Positions 13,172 through 25,996 of a stretch of 64,000 bases of DNA are shown here, in pieces. The stretch is from Lingula anatina (Eukaryota; Animalia; Brachiopoda). Below the pieces are notes generated by a model that saw only the letters and a program-made list of their open reading frames with translations, was not told where the DNA came from and did no database searches. Made by a program: the position numbers and the translations under genes. The stretch is from contig CM120645.1 in NCBI GenBank assembly GCA_051362555.1, forward strand, positions 1,426,001 through 1,490,000, written 5' to 3'. Within the stretch, counting starts at the first letter, position 1, and each line of letters begins with the position of its first letter.

Positions 13172-14003
13172 TATGGAATTATAATGATCTCTAATTAAAT
13201 GATTTGGCAATCCATGAAGAGTTGTATAAATACATTGACATAATAGCACAGTCGGATAGTATTAGTAATGATAAAAATAAGAATATTCATAGTTATTTAA
13301 ACTCAAGATAGTACTCCATTATATACAATGTAAACAAACAAACAACTAAAAGTTTTAAAGGGTTTCCAGCCAGCTTTGAGACTTGTATGTTGCACTTATA
13401 GTGGACTAGCTATTACCACTGTACACCGACACCTATTACAGCTGTCTGAAAAATATGTCACAGCAATATCCCCCTCTTGAAATTAGAATTTTGACTAGCT
13501 AAATCATAGTTCTCAATTGTACTAAATTTCACTGTTTGCTCTAGTGGTTTTCAGAAGTAAACAACTGAGGGCAATTACAGAGATCTCTCTGTCATTACAC
13601 ACTGCGTAAGGTTCAATATTCTGTTCGTCTATCGAGTAGAGGCAAACAACGAGTCGCATATGTCCAACCAGCTTTATTCCCACTGCTATTTTTCTCCAGT
13701 CAACCCCCATCCTTTTTTAATGTGGCCATTACTTATGCTATTAAAATAAAACATATACCTATATGACACTACTGAAATTTTACTTAGCTTTAAGAGACGG
13801 GGCAAGGGTCACGAGTACTTGCGCTAAAGCATCCTAAGAGGCGCCGTCGCGTCTCTTACTTGATAGATCCCAGGGTTCTTTGTTTAATTGTGATGGATTA
13901 TTTAAGCTCTGATTCTTTTTATCCTCAATCAGTTCTTGCAATACTTGAGAGATCCTGAACTCGGCACAAAAAAATTCGAACTTGTCTTCTATTTATCACT
14001 AGG
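7600..14003. repeat. Right arm of the fold-back inverted duplication
   Basis: Reverse complement of 1-5965, differing by a few SNPs, microsatellite lengths and 9 extra 45-bp units. Confidence 0.98.
10032..10288. mobile_element. PIF/Harbinger-type MITE (mirror copy of 3694-3950)
   Basis: Same TIRs, flanked by TAA/TAA. Confidence 0.85.
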
Positions 14004-14621
14004 TGATGTCCATATTTCAGTTCTAGGGCAAATACTATGGTTGCTATATGTTGAACATAAATTTTGGAAATGAAGCCCGAGCGGGGACAAGATTTCTGCC
14101 AAAAATAAGCAAAATTCCACGATTTCTCTTGATTTCTAAAAATTACCGATTCGTGGCAGTTCGTGGAATTCGTAGTCAGTATGGAATAGGGGCACTTCTC
14201 TGTGACAATTATTGCTAGCAGAGGATTACTGCTCATTTAGATACCTGCCGTGCTTACTGCGACTACATGTACCTGGTACTGTACTGCCGCTTGCACCCTT
14301 GAATATATGATATAGTATTTAATTAGTTGGATATGTTATCAATGAATACATCATTTAATTTGAAACCCGTTGTGGTTGGAAACACAACCGTCTGGCTGTA
14401 AGTGTATGTATACTATATGTGTATACAGCAGTGGTGCTGTGTATGGAAGCTGTAATATCCATTAGACGGTGGTCGGTAGAGTTCTGTTAGTAATAAAGTC
14501 ATGTTATTAAGTAACCGCAGTGAGAGCAGTATCTTACTGTCAACAGTAGGTCGACAACTCTACATGGGTATAGATTATTATCTTTTTGCACGTACTTGCC
14601 GGGAAACAAAGGGGTTTCTCA

Positions 14622-14862
14622 GGGTTCAATCCTATAGAAACTACATGTATCAGTCTACTTAGATCGATTCAACTCCGCAGGGACTCTGGTTGAATGCTAT
14701 CAAATCAGCAGATTAACACACCTCCTTCTGTTGAATAGAATACAGAAAAGCTGGTGATTATTGGAAACAAGTGGAGGCGTGTTCAACTGATTGCATTCAG
14801 CAAGAGATCCCGCGGAGCTGGATCATTCTACGCAGACCTTTAGTTTCAATGGGAATGAACCC
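14622..14862. mobile_element. Degenerate palindromic MITE
   Basis: Imperfect inverted repeat gggttca...tgaaccc with internal symmetry (ctccgcaggga / tcccgcggag), flanked by tca and tta. Confidence 0.5.
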
Positions 14863-15319
14863 TTATTCCACAACTCTCACACGAGGAAATTCATTGCGCA
14901 AATCAAAAATTTTATTTTTAAAAAAATATTTTAAATAAGCTGGCTTGTGTCAGTGTAGTTTCGACTCTGCAATATTCAGTTAGAATAAATGTGTATATAG
15001 TTGTATCAAGGATGTAATATGGGGAGTTGAGTCATGATGTTTATATCAAGTTTTTAACTTTCATTAAACTTTGACTTATATGCAGGAATAAAACATCCAC
15101 GATTATGCTCAGTTGGAAAATTAAAAATGATGATAGCACCCATGGTCTAAATAATATACGTAATCCCAGAAATCACTGGGAATTTTGAAATACAACCTCT
15201 ACGTGGTGGCCCTTCAGCATCAGAAAATCACTGATTACCTTGTTCATGTATACCAAGACAATTAGCTAATTTTTTTCGCTAGTGCTCTTTTTCTATTTCT
15301 CTTTCATTCTTTCTTTTTC

Positions 15320-15352
15320 AAAAATAAATAAATAAATAAAAACATAAATCAA

Positions 15353-15391
<39 letters not shown>

Positions 15392-15400
15392 AAACATAAA
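15320..15400. repeat. (AAAT)n microsatellite
   Basis: Seen directly. Confidence 0.9.
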
Positions 15401-15612
15401 CTAACCCTATAAGAAATGCAACACACCAAAAGATGAAGAAAATATCTTAATTAACTGTTTTAAATAGCCCATAGGCGAGGATAAATGAGAAGATTATTGC
15501 TAAATCTAATGATTTCTTTAAGGGTTATTGCCTTCTTCTATGTGTGTAACCGTACACTAAATTTGGTTGAAATCTGTTGGCCCCACCTTGCCACCCTCTG
15601 ACTGATCCTATC

Positions 15613-15895
15613 AGGAAAGAACACCAAACGTTAATACAGGTCAAGGTATTATCAAGGTTATTACATAAGACAATTATTTCAGGATGTGATTATACATATT
15701 TTAATTTACTTTAGACATGCCTGCATAATAATTGATTAATAATCAGACTTATGAGGAAAGAACACTAAACGTTAATACAGGTCAAGGTATTACTGTATCA
15801 AGGTTATTATATAAGGCTATTATTTCTGGATACTTGTACGTGATAATATACCTTTTATTCAATTTCAGTCATGCGTGCTTAATAATTGATAAATA
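15613..15895. repeat. Two diverged tandem copies of about 140 bp
   Basis: aggaaagaacacYaaacgttaatacaggtcaaggtatta at 15613 and about 15753. Confidence 0.8.
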
Positions 15896-15936
15896 AAGAC
15901 AATTCGAGAAGAAGAAGGTCATTGAGTTCTATTCTA

Positions 15937-16254
15937 CCCGCGAGAAATGCGAAAATGCAGTATCGAAGTAGCAAAAAAGCATTAACGCAGTAGTGGTGTG
16001 GAGCATATTTGCAGTAGAAATGCAGCATAGCCTACTGCAATTCTACTCCAAAAAGTACAAAGGTTTGTACAGAGAGGAGCATTAACGCAGTAGATTAGCA
16101 GCATGATAGAAGCATGTTTCAAATATGCTAATTAGCTCCCAAATCGAAGCAGATTTGAAGCATGTTTGCAGTATGATTGCAGTTGTCTACTGAGGTTTGC
16201 GGTATGATTGCAGTAGTCTACTGCGCTGGAGTATCTACTGCGTTTTCTTGCGGG
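15937..16254. mobile_element. Non-autonomous DNA element (CMC/EnSpm-like MITE)
   Basis: TIRs CCCGCGAGAAA...TTTCTTGCGGG, TA on both sides (2-bp TSD), and internal short gcagta repeats. Confidence 0.65.
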
Positions 16255-16257
16255 TAA

Positions 16258-16962
16258 TCACCAATCAGCACCCACTGCACATTTGTCGAAGTCGGACATC
16301 TGTACTAGTAGGTCATCATATGTAATACCATTAAACGTTATGCCCCAACTGCAAACATACTTGAAGGTGCTCTTAATGCTCTTTATTAGCTCATTGAGGC
16401 GGTCAACTCTGCCAAGGTCATTATCTCTCATTCCAATCCTCATTCTGGTCTTTTTGGACACTGTTCTGAGGGACCGTACTAACGCTGTGAGTGGACTGGT
16501 GATACCATGGTACCGACCCAACTGATTGCGGTTGATTGAGAAGTATTTCAATTTGGTGGTGTGTTTGACACCATAGCTCAGTTCAAGTACAGCTTGATAC
16601 ACGTCTTTATCATCTTCTATCGCATCAATTTTATAGTATTCGAACATATTTGCACTAAGTCCCTGCAAGTGAGAACTAAAAATGATTCCTTTCTTGAATA
16701 CCCGTTCCAGCACCAGTTCTTCCAATACTGGTACATGATGAAGATTACTCGACAGAAGTTTTACACCCTCAACACCGAGATATGAGTAAAGATTTATACA
16801 AATCAAATCGTGACGTATACCAGGCAGTTTTCCCAGTATAGGTGGAACTTTCGGTGATACCACACATTCCGGTAGTATGTTAATGTACTTCAAGGACACC
16901 ATCTGTTGGAGGATAGGGATGTTATAATCAACACATGCTTGTGAGAGGTGCAGATATCCCAA
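16258..16962 (-). pseudogene. Ribonuclease-inhibitor-type LRR exon resembling an NLR C-terminus; 5' end disrupted
   Basis: 234-aa ORF with LRR-like segments (LGVEGVKLLSSNLHHVPVLEELVL; LELSYGVKHTTKLKYFSINRNQLG). No ATG; the upstream frame is broken near 16965-17000 and abuts a repeat insertion. Confidence 0.65.
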
Positions 16963-17054
16963 TTTCTCAGGCCCAGAGCCTCAATCATAGTGGCAAATGA
17001 TGCCCTATATATTTATCTAAGGTTAGCCATACTTTGGTAGCGACTGCTTAACTA

Positions 17055-18222
17055 CTTTTTTTAATATAGATTTTTAAATATTTATGACATTGCAGAAATC
17101 TTGAGATTGGCAGTTTCTCCATGAAACACTGGTTTTTGGTCAAAGCATGCTATAGTAAACTGTCCCAAACATATACCCAAAAACCCCAAATCAAATGTCA
17201 AATTTGACCTTGACCCTCATTTTCAAGGTCATTTGGCTATTTCATGGAGAAATATTGAAGTGGGCTAAAAGTGATGTTTTGTTGACCCCCCCCCCCCAAT
17301 TCGCACATGCTCTTTCAGAATATGGGGTCAAATTTAACCCATGACCTTCACATGACCTTGTAAAAGCATTTCCACACCTATTCTGCAGGGGAATCCTCCG
17401 CCACTGGCTTTAGCCAGTTGCAGTCTAGTTATTATTATTTTTCGTCAAAAAATTTCTTTCTAAAATTCTGAAAAAATTCATACTGATAGCCTATGAAAAG
17501 TTATTCCGGTCCATCCATTTTTTTTTACCTTGACCTAATTTTCAAGGTCACAAAGCCTTTTAAAGTGAAAATTTTGCAAATTTCAAAATGCAATATCTCC
17601 TAGAATTTTCAACATTTTGACAAATCCTTTCAAAGTTGAGGTCACACAATGATTCTATATCATATGACCTAATTTTAAGAAAAGTAGGTCAGGTCAAGGT
17701 CAACTTATTGCACGATATGCTCTAAGTGGTTGGCATTCGGCAGGGGGTAAACCAGATGTCACAGAGCCACAAAGATGATGTAAAAAGTTGCCCCAGATAT
17801 CTAGCCAGTGCAGTCGCTAATAATATTGACACTTGACTGATTAGATTTTTTAATATAGATTTTTAAATATTAATTATTTCAAAGAAATAGTGACTTTCTC
17901 AATTTCTCCATGAAACACTGGTTTTTGGTCAAAGCATGCTTAGTAAACTACCCCACACATATACCCAAAACCCCCAAATCAAATGTCAGATTTGACCTTG
18001 CCCCTTATTTTCAAGATCATTTGGCTATTTCATGGAGAAATATTGAAGTGGGCTAAAGTGATGTTTTGTTGACCCCCCCCCCCCCCCCCACAATTCGCAC
18101 ATGCCCTTTCAGAAAATGGGGTCAAATTTAACCCATGACCTTCACATGACCTTGTAAGAGCATTTCCACACCTATTTTGCAGGGGAATCCTCCGCCACTG
18201 GCTTTAGCCAGTTGCAGTCTAG
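17055..18222 (+). mobile_element. Non-autonomous Helitron-like (tgacct-rich) element with a duplicated 3' module
   Basis: Two similar copies of about 370 bp (17055-17428, 17845-18222). Each ends in the hairpin actggctttagccagt followed by CTAG, the Helitron 3' signature. Confidence 0.6.
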
Positions 18223-19734
18223 TTTATAGTTGTGTTGGATACTCTGTGGAAGAAATGTCCATTTCCTCTGAGCATGGACATACATGGGTACAATAATGAT
18301 AATTACGTGTAACACGCTAAAAATAAGTGTTTATTGCTATTGACAGAATCACTTAATTTTATTTTACTTTTCTCTTTTTAAAAGAAACATTTAATGCATG
18401 TTAATAGCCAGAAAGCGTCAAAATAGCAATCCCTCGTAATTGGGAACTGATGGAGTTTCCAAATCAATATATCCAGTACAAACACATAAAGCCACATAAA
18501 ATTTATTTCACAATATATTTCATTAACATACTAAAATTTAATGTTCTGCTGTGTATCAAGTTTAAGCAGTCACTAAAACATTCCTATCATTCAATAAACG
18601 TTTTTTTCTAAAATGAATAAAAAATAAAAAGCAAAAATAAGACAACATTAGATCCTTAAAGAATTATGCGATTTGATATATTCGAAAACGTCAATGTTCA
18701 AACCTAATAAAGATTTATAATATAGGAATATTAAAGCACAATAGTACAGATACTAAACAGATATGTGAAAACAACAACTCTTGGGTTAATGACAACACTG
18801 ATAAGAACAAACACACATAGGTGAATACAAGTTCTAAATAAGAGTTGTGAGATTATACATGTAATTCTTCATTGTGATAGTATTCGTGTACACTTAAGTT
18901 TGTAACAAAAACCTCAATGTTCAAAATCGGGTGAAATAACAATTGGTGCAGTGAATAACTCCATAACAGCTGCAGATAATATCGCCAAAATTTGTGAGTG
19001 ATTGACAAAGATTAAATAAGGATCTGGTGCCTAAGATTTTGATAACATATTTAAAAATGGTATTATTAAATAAGGGGCCACTGAAATTAAGTGTTAATTT
19101 TCACGTTACTGGTGGTCAAATCTTAACAAATACTATTTGCCGTTAATTTTTTTATCGATACGAGCTCATGTAATAAAAATCGCTAAGAAACCAAAAAGGC
19201 ACTTTCACTCCATAGCCTGTGCTCAATACATCATCAGCACAGTGACAATTACTTACCTGGAAGCGAAAAGTGTACATACAGGTAGATATACATAATAGTA
19301 TGACATCAACAACTTTTTTGAAATAAAAATATACGCTCACTTCAGTCTGATTTTGGCTAACACATATTCTTAAGAAACCATATTTAATCTAAATAGTTCT
19401 GACACGCAAAGTAATATAGAACTTCTTTACCGTACATTTTTTTTACCAACACACTAAAATTTTCACACACTGCCATTGGTCGAGTTTAAGCCTTCATTAA
19501 AATATTCATAATTCATCATAATTCATATGTTCATTTAAACACCGTGTTAATGTTTTTTTAAATATAACAATAATAATAATAAAAGGCATGTAAATAAGAT
19601 AGAGTAATGAAAAAAGTTAAAACCAATCCCAAACAACATTTCCTGTACATATCACAGTTAAGGTGCCCTCGTATATTAATTACATCATCTGTATCCTTAT
19701 GCTGCCCTTCCCTTGGCAAAATGTTGTATGAACA

Positions 19735-21453
19735 GGTAAGATAAATGTCAAACTTATAAGATATATACAAACTTCTGATCATGGTTGAATTAAAAAAAAA
19801 ACATATTGAAATTATAAGATATAATAAAAATATCAATATCGACATGCTATTTCATATTTATATAAAGTGTATGTAAATACATTTACTTTTTACCTGTTTA
19901 AAGTAGCCCAATATCGTTCCATACAGGTAATAAAAGAGGCACAGACTGAGTATGATTCACACAATATGCAGGTAGTATTATCCCTCAAGTTAGGCTCAGT
20001 AAATAGACCCGAAAATAGACTGACTTTTAGTATGATTATACATTGTAAATAAGGTTAAATTTCCGCGAATAATACGTTATCCTTTATACATGTGGGTGCG
20101 TTTGAACAATACTATTTAAGGATTGATGCACTTAAAAAACGGATATAACTGATAAAAAAGCACATATGCATGAAATGAAAAAAATACGGATCTAAGACAG
20201 CCAATGTTACATGAACTGTCACTTCTAAACCCCAAAGTGGATATCATGCCGAATTGCAGTAATCGACTGCACATTTCATATACCTCATTTTCGATAATCC
20301 ATTGAATCATTTTTAGTTGTTTCACTTTTTCACCACATTAAAGCAACTTGGAAACCTTCTGACAAAACTTGTTTTACCATTAGTCGAGTTAAAGCCTCTA
20401 TTTAAATACCCATAATTCATCCATCAGTATGCATGCTCATTTACACGCTGGATTAACATTTTTGTGAATAATAATAATAATAATAATGATGATGATGATG
20501 ATGATAGCATACAAGTATGTATGATAGAGCAATAAAAATAAGATAAGTTCGTTAGGAACCGTAGTCCGTTTCCCGTTACTTTGTACAGGTGACATTTGTC
20601 CAATTATTCTAACTCCAATACCCCCAACTAACAACTAACCTTTACTTATCATATGGGAACCCAGACTTTCTTTCCTAGGACTACACGCCGCCTTTCCCCT
20701 ACCAAAATATTGTATATACAGGTATGAATTATGTCAAACGTTTTAAGATATAAACCATATTTTGTGACTAATGATAATAAAAACATATTAATATTATAAG
20801 ATAAAATAAAATAAAAATATCGACTTGCAGTTTCATATTTATATACAGTGTATGTAAATACATATACTTTTTACCTGTTTAAGGTTTAAGCCCAGTATCT
20901 TCCCATACATGTAATAAAGGAGGCACATACTGCGTATAATTCACACAATATGCAGGTAGTATATTCCCTCAAATCAAGCTCAGTAAATAGACCCGAACAT
21001 AGACTGACTTTCAGTATGATTATACATTGTAAATAAGGTTAAATTTCCGCGAATAATACGTTATCCTTTATACATGTGGGTGCGTTTGAACAATACTATT
21101 TAAGGATTAATGCACTTAAAAAACGGATATAACTGATAAAAAAGCACATATGAATGAAATGAAAAAATACGGATTTAAGACAGCCAATGTTACATGAACT
21201 GTCACTTCTAAACCCCAAAGTGGATATCATGCCGAATTGCAGTAATCAACTGCACATTTCATATACCTCATTTTCGATAATCCATTGAATCAATTTTAGT
21301 TGTTTCACTTTTTCACCACATTAAAATAACTTAGAAACCTTCTGACAAAACTTGTTTTACCATTAGTCGAGTTAAAGCCTCTATTTAAATACCCATAATT
21401 CATCCATCAGTATGCATGCTCATTTACACACTGGATTAACATTTTTGTTAAAT

Positions 21454-21498
<45 letters not shown>

Positions 21499-21545
21499 CT
21501 AGCATACATGTATATATAATAGTGCAATAAAAATAGGATAAAACC
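19735..21545. repeat. Tandem duplication with a unit of about 1 kb, downstream of the protease exon
   Basis: About 19866-20470 is nearly identical to about 20848-21450. More degenerate copies flank it (about 19130-19730 and 21530-21800). Confidence 0.9.
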
Positions 21546-21949
21546 AATTCCAAGCAACACTTACTGTTCTCATCACAGTGAAGTTGCCTTCGTCTATTAT
21601 ATTTATGTACGCATGTATGTCACTTATAAATCTCACCACTAACAAGGGACATCATGCTGAACACAGTTATCAACCAATTTCAGGCACCTCAATTTATAAT
21701 CCATTGAACTATTTTAAGATATATCACTTTCACTTTTTTCATTTCAATAAAACAACGTTTTTAAAAATATACCTTCTGACAAAACTCGTTTTTCTTTTCA
21801 GAATTTTATGTCAACGAAGTCTATATGTACGTATTGCTGCCAAAAACTACATCATTATTGGTAATATGAGTATTAAATAAAGTCTAAATTTAACCATAAT
21901 TATGGTATGGTCTACACATTTTACCATGTTGTTTTATGGTTCAACCATG

Positions 21950-23334
21950 TCACTCACATTCCATTCCCTCCTCTATTCTTGCCAGTTTGATGTTAAAACA
22001 TTCAAAAATTGGCCAAATGGGTGACATCAAAGTAGAATGATAAGAGGTCTTTGCCACCACCATTCCCACTGGATGAGGGCTTTTATGTCTATCTGGTCCC
22101 TTTAACAGGAATACTGCAGCGCCAGAGTCTCCCTCGTCAGAAAACACGCAGTCAACACCACGCACCTCGACCACATTTCGAAATTCTTTTTCAAGATATG
22201 TAAATGTACCACCTGGTTGCTCCTTCTTAAATTTTATAGTTTTTGTTTGGAAAGCAGTGCCTCCTTCAAAACTGACACAACCACGGGTGAGACCAGTCCT
22301 ACCACATTTGTACACAACTACATTGGGGCTTAAAACTGTATTGGTTTCATTGTTCATTGGTTCAATGCATTCCGCATTGTTAAAGGACAATTCATCTTCA
22401 CTAAGATTAAGATTTTGCAATGTTTCAGGCGTTAACCCTGCTGGTACAGCATGGATATCTCTATGCTTGACTTCGATAAGAGCTGCATCAATGCCATATT
22501 CTTTACCATTATATTCAAAATTGTCAAAGTAAACTTTTTTGACTACACCACACACTTTGCTTTTGGCTTTAGATGCAATATCTTGCTTGTTGTAGTTGTT
22601 TGTCCTTACATCTGCATCAGACGGTTGGCAGACCTCAGCCTCTATGGCAGGTGGTGGGATGCCTAATACATGGGAGCATGTGAGGAAACATGGTGTCCCC
22701 TCATGTTGTACGAACATTCCCAAGGTACCCGTAAAACTCGATTTTGTCAGTCCAACACTGCATCCCATCCTCAATGGGTTACAGTAAAATGTAGTATTTT
22801 GGCCAAAGTGCACATTTTGTGGGGTTTGTGGGCTACTATTATGCATGGACAAGGAAACAAATCCTTCGCGTACATCTACTGGAATACCTTCAATTAACTT
22901 TGGAAACAGGGAATCACCCAATGGGACCACACCTTTTGCGCGACAATATAATACTATACATGGTTTACATGTTATTTCACCTCCTTGCGCTTTAACAGGA
23001 GATGCCGAAATTATTGTCAGATTTCTGTGGTTTTTAAAAAGATGTTCTGAAGACTTTTGTATGGCCTGTCCAATTTCAATAGATGTTCTGGGTGGAATCG
23101 GGTTGTCTTCAGCTGCTTTTGAAAAGAAGGCCTTCTGGGCTTCCATATCTGGCAGGTCCCATGAATAGTAATTAACAGCAAATCCATCATGTTCTGCCAT
23201 CTTATCTTCACAGAATTCTATGCTCACTAGCACTGCAATGAATGGTGGATGCTGTCCATTTGCTTTGTATGCTGGGAAAACGGTCATAACCCCAGGTTTC
23301 CGTGGAAATGAATAGCAAGCCGTTTCAATGGCAT
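21950..23334 (-). CDS. Terminal exon 6 of the NLR-like gene: NAL1-like N-terminal region + trypsin-fold (PA clan) serine protease
   Basis: Pyrimidine tract + tag acceptor at 23335-23336 (phase 1), then an open frame to TGA at 21950. Triad motifs FLTCSHVL, IDAALI and EGDSGAAV. N-terminal PCIVLYCRAKGVVP..FP..IEGIPVDVREG resembles NAL1-type proteases. Confidence 0.85.
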
Positions 23335-24283
23335 CTACAAAAACAAAACAAAAATAAATAAATACAATCGTTAATGGCTCATTATAGCTACTAAGCTGAG
23401 CTTTTCCACAGTGAAAAACGCTATTGTGAAAAATGTCCAAAAATGAAAAACCATACAAGTCGAATTAAGACTAGCATCCGTGAACCTTTAATGGGCCACC
23501 GGCAGTGTAACTATTAGCCCGACAGCACTTTGGCAGTATTTCAACACAATCTTGCCAAGTTGACCAACACCTTTACGACCGTCGTCTGTAGACGAGGAAT
23601 ATATTGTAACTTGCCCGGTGTGAACGGAATTGTAGTCCTAGTAATGCAAGTCCTGGGAATGCAAATCCTTGGTCTAGCTTTTCTAGGAACGGATGTCCTA
23701 GAACATACGTTACTAGGAATTAACGTCCGTGGGACATCAGTTTACAAGGAATGTAAGTCCCATTGCAAGGAATGCAAGTCCGGATGGGACCTGTTTTCCT
23801 GATATATACGAGGACATTATGTCCGATTTGACTTTTATCTCGCACTTAAATATATGTTACATATAATTAATAATAATATATATGTATTAAAGTGACCTTT
23901 GCCGTTACCTTTATTATTTTGATGTTCACAAACTGAATGAAAAAACAAAAATTAATACTGAAAAATAACACAAATAAGAAGTTGTTATAAATTTATTTTC
24001 ATTTAAGTAGGCCCATTCATTTGTCAGATAAATTTTCAAATTCGAGCCGCTGACTGCACCTTAAAGGGTGCATCCTCCTTCTATTTGCAAGATGTACGCT
24101 CCAGTTTGTGATATTCCTTTTATTACATAAGGCCCTAGCCAGGGATCTTCCTGCTTTCCACCTTTTCTGTCTGATCTTCTTAGATTGTGTTTTAGAACCT
24201 TTGTACCTAAGGTAAAAACCTGTGTAATAGATTTAATTATGATAAGCCTTTTTGACATAATTGATAATAATTTAATTAAAATT

Positions 24284-25001
24284 AAAAGCGCAAAAAGTGG
24301 GCTAAAGATGAACACCAGCAAGACAAAGGTGATGTTTGGACCACTAACCACCCCTTGCACAGTGAAGGTCAACACCAAAGAGATAGAAGCAGTAGAGGAG
24401 TATATATAACTTGGGCAACGGTTCAGCCTTAGTGACCGAACACTGGAGAAAGAAATCCAACGAAGGATAAAAGCAGGATGGGCAGCATATGGGAAGCACA
24501 ATGACATCTTCAAGAGCAACCTTCCTACCTGCCTGAAAAAGAAAGTGTTCAATGCTTGTGTGCTGCCGGCAATCACCTATGGTTCAGAGACCTGGACACT
24601 GGATGCCTCCATGGAACACAAGCTACAAGTAGCTCAGAGAAAGGTGGAAAGGATTATGTTGAACATCAGTCCAAGAGAGCGGAAAACGAATGCATGGTTA
24701 CGTACTGCTCACAGTTAAAGAAATGAAATGGAGGTGGGCAGGACATGTCAAAAGAATGAAGGACAGTAGGTGGACAATCAGGCTTACAGAGTGGACCCCA
24801 AGGTATGGACAAAGAAAAAGAGGAAGGCCGGTCAAACGATGGAGGGATGAATTAGATGACTACTGGAAGTCTTAGAAGAAGAAACCTTGGCCAAACTGGA
24901 AATCTGAGGCTCAGGATAGGAAACAATGGAAAAAGGATGCTGAGGCCTTTGTCCAACAGTGGAACACTATAGGCTCTAAATGATGATAAATGATGATGAT
25001 G
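24284..25001 (+). mobile_element. 5'-truncated RTE-clade LINE
   Basis: RT C-terminal motifs GLKMNTSKTKVM, EIQRRIKAGW, YGSETWTL, KWRWAGHVKRM and RGRPVKRWRD; (TGA)n tail; aattaaaatt TSD at 24274-24283 and 25002-25011. Confidence 0.9.
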
Positions 25002-25765
25002 AATTAAAATTTATAAAAATGGAAATTGAGCAAAAAATAAGCATACATAACCTCAGGCAAACGGTGTACTTATAACGGTCGTAATATGTGAAAGAAAAGT
25101 TTTATTGGTAATGTATATACATATATTAAAAAGAAAATAAACGCAGTGATCACTCACTGAAATGTATTACCTCATTTGTAGAATGGCGAGCATCATATCT
25201 CTTTTTTTTTTTCTTTTTTTTTGCTCTTGTTGTGCCTTTCTTATATTTTCAGTGCTGCCTCTCCCACTGTCTTGTTCATAGTGTCCACCCCTTTTTCCCA
25301 GCGAGCAAATTATGTTGTTTTAACGTTGAAACAACGTTGAACAATAACGTTGAGAACACATTGGATAAACGTTGGATTTGAAAGTTGTGTCAACCTCAGA
25401 TAACAATGTTATATCAATCCCACCCAGCGGGAAATTAGGGGATAATAACTCTTCGTGTGATAGCTATATTTCACAATAAAAACATTGTGAACAACTCAAA
25501 AAACGGCAGTTATAGCTATTATTCTGATGTCTGAGCTTGTCTTCAGATCACGTGACCTCCATCGATAGCTCTACTCAGTTATAATCTCTTAAGAGATTTT
25601 AACAAAAAGCCAAACTTTTTACAAAAAAAACACAGGGACTAACTTTAAATGTAAAAATGGATTCATTAACCATAATTAAGTATGGGGAAATTGCTGTTTA
25701 CTCCAGGAAAATTCATTTTTTGGCCAAAACAAAGAGTTATTATCCCTTTAAGTTAAAATTTCCAA

Positions 25766-25840
<75 letters not shown>

Positions 25841-25996
25841 AAAAGAACAAAAGAACAGCAACTTTTTTTGCCCTGAACGGTTTCTTTCTCTCTTCAGGGG
25901 GTTTTGTTTATTTGTTACTAGGTGATATCATAAAGGCTAAAATGTGACGTCTGTAACAATGGGTGTTTAATTGTTACTTTTACCAATGAGACAGAT

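Noticed and set aside
12839-13249. ORFs containing YIYIYI or poly-F runs (also 25657, 28962, 40793)
   Set aside because: Produced by (TA)n and poly(T) tracts.
23335-23458. N-terminal extension of the 502-aa protease ORF
   Set aside because: Non-ATG start, and the sequence is an intronic pyrimidine tract leading to the acceptor at 23335.
24061-24576. 171-aa minus-strand ORF as a gene
   Set aside because: Chance fusion of antisense RTE sequence, intron and the Ginger GPY exon.
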